Shown here one piece after another: positions 57,923 to 64,000 of a stretch of 64,000 nt of DNA; the first letter of the stretch is position 1; the number at the start of each line of letters is the position of its first letter. This stretch comes from Acidimicrobiales bacterium (lineage in GTDB: Bacteria; Actinomycetota; Acidimicrobiia; Acidimicrobiales; JBBRKR01). Position numbers and translations under genes: made by a program. The stretch lies in NCBI GenBank assembly GCA_038231795.1, contig JBBRKR010000002.1:90702-154701 (forward strand), in the 5' to 3' direction. Under the pieces are notes generated by a model, which saw only the letters and a program-made list of their open reading frames with translations, did not search any database and had not been told where the DNA came from.

Positions 57923-59121
57923 GTCGACCCCTAGAGACTTCCACGCCAAATCCGGTGGTGGAGATCGCCAAATCGGTTTGGCAGGCGCTATTAGAAATCA
58001 CTCGGGCATATGTTCGAATTCGCAACAACGTTCTGTCTCCGGTATTCACCATTTTTCGGGAGGCGGGCCAAGCGGTGAGCCGCTGGTGGCGAGAGCAACC
58101 TAAAGCAGTCCGAGTGGCCGTGGGAGTTTTGGGAGTTGCCTCGTTGTATTTGCTGCCGCAACGAAATATTCCGATCATTACGACGCCGGATTCAAACTTC
58201 ATGACGTTGTTGGGTGGAGTCGTGATTGTGTACGTGTTGGTTGCCCTCGGCCTTAATGTTGTGGTGGGCTGGGCCGGGCTTCTCGACCTCGGGTATGTCG
58301 GTTTCTATGCCGTTGGGGCGTACACGGTCGCCGTATTGAGCTCGAAGCACGCCAACTTGCCATGGCTCATCTGCGTGCCAATTGCCATGGCCGTGTCGAT
58401 GCTCTCTGGCGTCATTTTGGGAGGGCCGACGCTTCGTCTGCGGGGCGATTATTTAGCGATCGTCACGTTGGGGTTCGGTGAAATCATTCGCCTGCTGGCC
58501 GAGCATTTCGACTGGCTTGGCGGAGCATCTGGCATCAGCAACATCAAACGGCCACCCAGCATTGGCCCGATCAAGTTTGGCCCTCTTAATGCTAAGCACT
58601 ATTTCTGGCTCGGACTTACGGTGGTGATCATCGTGGTATTTTTCCTCCGACGTCTCGAACATTCACGTGTTGGCCGATCGTGGATGGCTATCAAGGAAGA
58701 CGAAGACGCCGCCGAAATTATGGGTGTGCCGACCTTCAAGTTCAAGCTGTGGGCATTCGCCATAGGGGCGGCTATCGGCGGCTTGGCGGGCACGATGTAC
58801 GCCGGGAACGTGTCGTTCATCAACCCCGACAACTTCGATTTGCAGCTGTCAATTTTGTTCCTGGCCGCTGTTGTGTTGGGCGGCCCAGGAAATATTGGTG
58901 GCGTGATTGTGGGCGCGGTGCTCGTGAGCTATTTGCCAGAGCGCCTTCGATTCCTGAATGCCAATCGATTTTTCTGGTTCGGCACTGCCTTAGTGGTCAT
59001 GATGATTTTCAGGCCTCGCGGGCTGTGGCCGCGTAAGGTTCTTGGGCAACGCGGCAGGCTCCCGGGCGAGCGATCTGAAGCATCTACCCCCGAGTCAGTT
59101 GTGGAGGCCCAACATGGCTGA
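57919..59121 (+). CDS. livM: branched-chain amino acid ABC transporter permease (LivM-like)
   Basis: 400 aa with an ATGA overlap with the livH stop. The motif GWAGLLDLGYVGFYAVGAY is present. Confidence 0.85.
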   Translation: MSRPLETSTPNPVVEIAKSVWQALLEITRAYVRIRNNVLSPVFTIFREAGQAVSRWWREQPKAVRVAVGVLGVASLYLLPQRNIPIITTPDSNFMTLLGGVVIVYVLVALGLNVVVGWAGLLDLGYVGFYAVGAYTVAVLSSKHANLPWLICVPIAMAVSMLSGVILGGPTLRLRGDYLAIVTLGFGEIIRLLAEHFDWLGGASGISNIKRPPSIGPIKFGPLNAKHYFWLGLTVVIIVVFFLRRLEHSRVGRSWMAIKEDEDAAEIMGVPTFKFKLWAFAIGAAIGGLAGTMYAGNVSFINPDNFDLQLSILFLAAVVLGGPGNIGGVIVGAVLVSYLPERLRFLNANRFFWFGTALVVMMIFRPRGLWPRKVLGQRGRLPGERSEASTPESVVEAQHG

Positions 59122-59890
59122 TGCACTACTCGAGGTAAACCACGTGACTATGCGTTTCGGCGGTGTCACTGCGTTGAATGATGTTGATTTTTCGATCAAT
59201 AGCGGTGAAATTTTGGGCCTCATTGGCCCCAACGGTGCCGGCAAAACTACGTGCTTCAACGTGATGACCGGTGTGTATCAAGCCACCGACGGCGACGTTG
59301 TGTTCGATGGTAAATCGGTGATCGGCGTTGACCGTCACAAAATCACACGGCGCGGCATCGCCCGCACATTTCAAAATATTCGCTTGTTCCCGGAAATGTC
59401 GGCGATCGACAACGTGAAGGTCGGCTGCGATGCCCACCACCGCACGGGGATTGCAGCCGCTTTATTTCATCTGCCGATCCACAAGCGAGAAGAGATCTCC
59501 GGTCGAGCCAAGGCCATTGAATTACTTGAATTCATGGGCATCGCAGATCGGGGTGAGGATGCAGCGAAAAACCTGCCATACGGATATCAACGCCGCCTGG
59601 AAATTGCGAGAGCGTTGGCAACCGAACCAAAGCTGCTGTGTCTCGACGAGCCAGCCGCTGGTTTCAACCCGGCCGAAAAGCAAGACCTAATGAATTTGAT
59701 TCGCAAAATTCGCGACAAGGGGTATACCGTTCTGCTCATCGAACACGACATGAGCTTGGTGATGGGAGTCACCGACCGCATCGTGGTGCTCGATTTCGGC
59801 AAGAAAATTGCTGAAGGCTTGCCGGAAGACATCCGCAACAATCCTGCCGTGATCGAAGCGTATTTAGGAGCACCCGACGATGTTGCTTGA
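59114..59890 (+). CDS. livG: branched-chain amino acid ABC transporter ATP-binding protein (LivG-like)
   Basis: I moved the start to the ATG at 59114 (MADALLEVNHVTMRFGG). Walker A is GPNGAGKTT, and the signature region is LPYGYQRRLEIARAL. Confidence 0.9.
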   Translation: MADALLEVNHVTMRFGGVTALNDVDFSINSGEILGLIGPNGAGKTTCFNVMTGVYQATDGDVVFDGKSVIGVDRHKITRRGIARTFQNIRLFPEMSAIDNVKVGCDAHHRTGIAAALFHLPIHKREEISGRAKAIELLEFMGIADRGEDAAKNLPYGYQRRLEIARALATEPKLLCLDEPAAGFNPAEKQDLMNLIRKIRDKGYTVLLIEHDMSLVMGVTDRIVVLDFGKKIAEGLPEDIRNNPAVIEAYLGAPDDVA

Positions 59891-60602
59891 AGTCGAAAAC
59901 CTACACGTTTTTTACGGCCGAATTGAAGCCATCAAGGGCATCAGTTTTTCGGTCAATGAGGGCGAAATCGTCACGCTGATCGGAGCCAACGGTGCCGGTA
60001 AGACGACCACCATGAAGACTGTTTCTGGTGTTCGTCCGGTGGCTGAAGGCCGGATCCTGTTTGACGGCCGAGACATCACCAAGCTGCCCGCTCACAAGCG
60101 CACTGAGATTGGTATTTGTCAAGCGCCGGAGGGACGAGGGATTTTTCCGGGCATGAGTGTTCTCGAAAACCTCGGCATGGGTGCCTATTTGCGTAACGAC
60201 CAAAAGACAAAGGGCTATCAAGACGACCTCGATCGAGTCTTCACGTTTTTCCCCCGTCTCAAGGAACGCATCACGCAGGCCGGTGGATCGCTGTCGGGTG
60301 GTGAGCAGCAGATGCTGGCCATTGGTCGTGCGCTTATGAGTCGTCCCCGAATCCTGCTCCTCGATGAACCGTCAATGGGCCTAGCACCGATGTTTATTCA
60401 GCAGATTTTTAACATCATTACCGAGATCAACTCGCAGGGAACCACGGTGTTGTTGGTCGAGCAGAACGCAGCCCAGGCCCTCAAGCGAGCCCACAGGGCC
60501 TACGTACTTGAGACCGGCAAAATCGTGATGGAAGGCAGCGGCGCCGACCTCCTCCACAGTGACGCTGTACGCGACGCATACCTGGGTGGCGGCGGTCACT
60601 AG
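59880..60602 (+). CDS. livF: branched-chain amino acid ABC transporter ATP-binding protein (LivF-like)
   Basis: 240 aa with Walker A GANGAGKTT, the signature LSGGEQQMLAIGRAL and Walker B ILLLDEPS. Confidence 0.9.
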   Translation: MLLEVENLHVFYGRIEAIKGISFSVNEGEIVTLIGANGAGKTTTMKTVSGVRPVAEGRILFDGRDITKLPAHKRTEIGICQAPEGRGIFPGMSVLENLGMGAYLRNDQKTKGYQDDLDRVFTFFPRLKERITQAGGSLSGGEQQMLAIGRALMSRPRILLLDEPSMGLAPMFIQQIFNIITEINSQGTTVLLVEQNAAQALKRAHRAYVLETGKIVMEGSGADLLHSDAVRDAYLGGGGH

Positions 60603-60637
60603 CAACACTGGCTAGTGCCAGCTGGCAAACTGTAGCG

Positions 60638-61357
60638 GTGACCGATCTCGCCTATCTTCGCGATGCGTACGTAACGACGCTCGAGTCGACCGTCACAGCG
60701 GTCGATGGTCTTCGGGTAGCAACTGCCGCGACAATCTTGTATCCAACTGGCGGTGGCCAGCCTCATGACACAGGCACCATCGCGTGGTCATTGGGTACAG
60801 CAGTCATTGAGTCGGTGCGTAAGGAAGATGGATCTGTGTGGCACACGCTGGCCGCTGACTCGCCGGTGCCCGAAGTTGGCCACGCAGTGACGCTCACCGT
60901 CGATTGGGAGCGGCGTCATCAACTCATGCGCACCCATACGGCAATGCACATCTTGTGCGGTGTCATCTGGAACGAGTACGGAAAGCCTGTGACCGGCGGA
61001 GATATGCAGCCGTTAAGTGCCCGCATGGATTTCGAGTTTGACCCCTTGCCCGACGGTTTCGCCGAGACGGTCGAACGTCGAGTCAATGAGGAGATACGCG
61101 CCGACCGGCAAATTGTGGTGTCGTTCTTGCCTCGTGAGACGGCGGTTGTAGACGCTGACCTCATCCGCACGAAAGTGAGCTTGATTCCAGACTCGGCGAG
61201 TGAAATTCGTATTGTCGAAATCGTCGGGCTCGACAAACAAGCAGACGGCGGTACTCACGTGCGGTCTACGAAGGATGTTGGCGTATTCAAGGTCATCAAG
61301 ACGGAGAGCAAAGGCAAAGGCAACAAACGCATTCGGATCGAGCTGCACGATGCTTGA
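60638..61357 (+). CDS. alanyl-tRNA editing domain protein (AlaX-M-like, threonyl/alanyl tRNA synthetase second additional domain)
   Basis: 239 aa with a GTG start. It has the HxxxH motif HTAMHILCG. The second metal motif reads DGGTHV rather than CGGTH. Confidence 0.75.
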   Translation: MTDLAYLRDAYVTTLESTVTAVDGLRVATAATILYPTGGGQPHDTGTIAWSLGTAVIESVRKEDGSVWHTLAADSPVPEVGHAVTLTVDWERRHQLMRTHTAMHILCGVIWNEYGKPVTGGDMQPLSARMDFEFDPLPDGFAETVERRVNEEIRADRQIVVSFLPRETAVVDADLIRTKVSLIPDSASEIRIVEIVGLDKQADGGTHVRSTKDVGVFKVIKTESKGKGNKRIRIELHDA

Positions 61358-62153
61358 CCTCACCGAAGCGTTGAGCAAACTCGAGACCGAACTGCACGCC
61401 CTTGGCAATGTGGTGGTGGCATTTTCTGGCGGCGCCGATTCAGCGTTCCTGGCCGTCATTGCGACTCAGACTCTCGGAGCGCAGCATGTGAAGTGTGTGA
61501 CTGCAGTGTCGCCGTCGTTGGCCGAGATGGAGCTCGAAGAGTGCGGCACTCTGGCCGCCGAATGGGCGCTGAATTGGCACACCGTGCATACCGACGAGAT
61601 GGAAAACGCGGCATACCAAACCAACGATGCCATGCGGTGCTTCCATTGTAAGTCTGCGTTGATGGAAGCATTGACGCCGTCGATTGCAAGCGGGTACACG
61701 GCAGTCCTTGGCGTAAACGTGGATGACATGGGCGATCATCGCCCTGGTCAACAGGCGGCTCGTGAGGCTGGGGCTCGCTTCCCGTTGCTCGATGCAGGGT
61801 TCACAAAACAGATGATTCGGGACGCTTCGCAGCGCATTGGATTGCGCACGTGGGACAAGCCGGCTGCCGCGTGCTTGGCATCCCGTATCCCGTACGGCAC
61901 GCAGGTCACCGTGGCGTTGCTGGGCCGGGTAGAACGGGCAGAGGCTGCACTGAAGCTGCTTGGCTTTGCCGCAGTGCGAGTGCGCCACTACGGCGATACG
62001 GCTCGGCTCGAGGTACCGCTGGATCAACTGACGGCGGTCGTCGAACAGCGAGAGCGGATCGTGGCCGTCGTGAAAGATTCTGGGTACTCGTACGTGACGC
62101 TCGATCTAGAAGGCTTGCGTAGTGGGAACCTCAACGCCGCCCTCAGCCTGTAG
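61350..62153 (+). CDS. PP-loop ATP pyrophosphatase, LarE-like (TIGR00268-type adenine nucleotide alpha hydrolase)
   Basis: I moved the start to the ATG at 61350, which overlaps the alaX-like stop by 8 nt. It has the PP-loop VAFSGGADSAFLAV and three Cys residues in RCFHCKS and AACLASRIPYG. Confidence 0.75.
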   Translation: MLDLTEALSKLETELHALGNVVVAFSGGADSAFLAVIATQTLGAQHVKCVTAVSPSLAEMELEECGTLAAEWALNWHTVHTDEMENAAYQTNDAMRCFHCKSALMEALTPSIASGYTAVLGVNVDDMGDHRPGQQAAREAGARFPLLDAGFTKQMIRDASQRIGLRTWDKPAAACLASRIPYGTQVTVALLGRVERAEAALKLLGFAAVRVRHYGDTARLEVPLDQLTAVVEQRERIVAVVKDSGYSYVTLDLEGLRSGNLNAALSL

Positions 62154-62593
62154 TGGACCTCGAAGTCGACCTCGGCCCGTACGCTCAGCCCCTGTACGAA
62201 GCGCTGCGAGTAGCTGTACCCGAATGGGTCACTCTGTGCCTCAATCGCTTCGGGATCGCTAGCCACGGCGTGCAAGACGCCGGTGAGCACGCATGGGAGT
62301 CGATCGCCGTTGCGTTGCGCAAAGCACTTGACCTCAGCAATGCAGCGCCAGGGCCAAACCCATTGGCTGTGTTGCGACGGGTGGCGGTAGTGCCCACTGA
62401 ACTGTTGCGAGCGGCAGGAGCGTCGCTACCGGTGCGAGACGAGTTCAACGTGCGGCGTTCCCCCGACGATGTTTACGATTTGGAACCAGCGACGTGGCGC
62501 GACTTTGGTGACCAGATTCATGACTTGGGCATCATTTGGGGAGCGGCGAAAACGCACGCCCATCTTGCAGCACGAGCCAAATCCGAAGCTTGA
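62153..62593 (+). CDS. hypothetical protein
   Basis: 146 aa. The GTG start overlaps the upstream TAG stop (TAGTG). I recognise no family. Support comes only from coding-like third-position GC and the translational coupling. Confidence 0.4.
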   Translation: MDLEVDLGPYAQPLYEALRVAVPEWVTLCLNRFGIASHGVQDAGEHAWESIAVALRKALDLSNAAPGPNPLAVLRRVAVVPTELLRAAGASLPVRDEFNVRRSPDDVYDLEPATWRDFGDQIHDLGIIWGAAKTHAHLAARAKSEA

Positions 62594-62623
62594 AATTCAT
62601 TCTGGCGCGGAAGCCGATCGGTG

Positions 62624-62821
62624 CTATTCGGTGTACGGAGCGGTCCACCCAATGGTGATCGACCGACCGCGGTCCTCGAAAAATACGCAGTCGTCGGGGC
62701 AGGCAAATGGCACAGGCTCATTCACTCCCAATCGACATTTCGAAATCACCGAAGCTGCCGCGCCAGTGCCAACGCTTCGCGTTGAAAAGTGTTTGCAGTC
62801 GCTTCGTACGCCCATTGGCAT
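62624..62821 (-). CDS. candidate small Cys-rich protein (hypothetical)
   Basis: A 65-aa ORF in an otherwise empty 275-bp gap. It has four Cys residues (DCKH, KCRL, ACPDDC). I checked no RBS and recognise no family. Confidence 0.3.
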   Translation of the reverse strand: MPMGVRSDCKHFSTRSVGTGAAASVISKCRLGVNEPVPFACPDDCVFFEDRGRSITIGWTAPYTE

Positions 62822-62823
62822 AA

Positions 62824-63212
<389 letters not shown>

Positions 63213-63213
<1 letters not shown>

Positions 63214-64000
63214 TGGCGAGCGAACTCGCTGCCATTCGGGCGGCGGTTATCGGGAACGGGGATCTTGCGGCGGCGGCAATGTCGGCTGAACTCGTTGCCG
63301 CAACAGACAATTTCCTGAGCGACCTTTTCGACAATTGTGTTGGTGATGCGCCCCAAGGGTTCGCTCTGGTGGCAGTGGGCGGCTACGGCCGCAGTGAACT
63401 GTGCCCTGGCAGTGACCTCGACCTGTTACTGCTCCATGCCGACGACCGGAAAACTGTCAAACGGGTTGCCGAGTTGGCGGAAAAGTTGTGGTACCCAATT
63501 TGGGATTCCGGCATAAAGCTGGGCCACGCCGTGCGTACCGAGAGCCAAGCGTTGGCCTTAGCCGCAGAAGACCTCGACACCGCGACAGCGTTGTTGAGCG
63601 CTCGCCATGTGGCTGGCGATGAGTTGCTTACGTCAAGCCTGCGAGACCGGGCCCGCACGTCGTGGAAACGACGAGGAATCCATTGGCTTGGTGAACTCAT
63701 CACGGCTCGCGACGCCCGTCATACCAAAGCTGGCGACGTAGCGTTCCTCCTTGAGCCCGATCTCAAAGGTGGTTGGGGCGGATTGCGCGATGTGCAGGTG
63801 ATCCAGTGGGCGAGTGCCACCGGAAAGTTGGCCAGCCCTCCCGACGTGGGCCGCTTGGTCGAAGCGTACGACGTGTTGTTCGCTGCTCGCTGCCAACTCC
63901 ATGTGCTCAGCGGGCGGCCCAATGACGTGTTACGCCTCGAAGATCAGGACGGCGTGGCCAAGGTGTTGGGCGACGCCAATGCCGACGTGCTCATGGCCCG
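63213..64000 (+). CDS. glnD: [protein-PII] uridylyl/adenylyl-transferase GlnD (N-terminal part, runs off window)
   Basis: The GTG start overlaps the glnB TAG (TAGTG). The nucleotidyltransferase motif is VAVGGYGRSELCPGSDLDLLLLH. The ORF is still open at position 64000. Confidence 0.85.

Overview
The window is GC-rich and densely coding (about 70 genes). There are no transposases, integrases, CRISPR arrays or rRNA. Gene content points to Actinomycetota, possibly Acidimicrobiia-like; this is inferred from content (CIRCE-controlled groEL, clpC1-type clpC, radA, ispDF-rlmB, glnB-glnD, hemC, hemQ, Tat-type lipoprotein signals), not from any search. Most of it is housekeeping or ordinary metabolism: a DeoR-controlled sugar ABC uptake operon, a GH36 alpha-galactosidase, several alpha/beta hydrolases, a Liv-type branched-chain amino acid ABC transporter, one tRNA-Thr(UGU), and glycerate kinase next to a GpgS-like gene. 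The most interesting region is a same-strand, translationally coupled block at about 39.6-52.7 kb. It runs: membrane di-iron desaturase-like protein, signal-less PhnD-like binding protein, non-pyrrolysine MttB-family methyltransferase, dimethylglycine-dehydrogenase-like FAD/GcvT enzyme, heterotetrameric sarcosine-oxidase genes in the order A-G-B-D, and a gamma-butyrobetaine-hydroxylase-like DUF971/TauD dioxygenase. A divergent XRE regulator and a convergent MFS transporter flank it. I read it as a probable aerobic quaternary-amine (betaine, carnitine or gamma-butyrobetaine type) N-demethylation island. No corrinoid partner for the MttB homolog is visible, and soxD carries an in-frame TAG followed directly by ATG. 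Smaller oddities:
- RadA has an SSB-like acidic C-terminal tail.
- A CysO/MoaD-like sulfur carrier ends in GGF and has no partner genes nearby.
- A perfect 26-bp tandem duplication spans the groEL stop codon.
- An FMN-bind protein with a flavinylation motif is paired with a ferric-reductase-like membrane protein.
- An AlaX-like gene, a LarE-like gene and a hypothetical gene are translationally coupled.
- glnB-glnD has no amtB upstream.
All functional calls come from reading motifs in the supplied translations. No database search was run.
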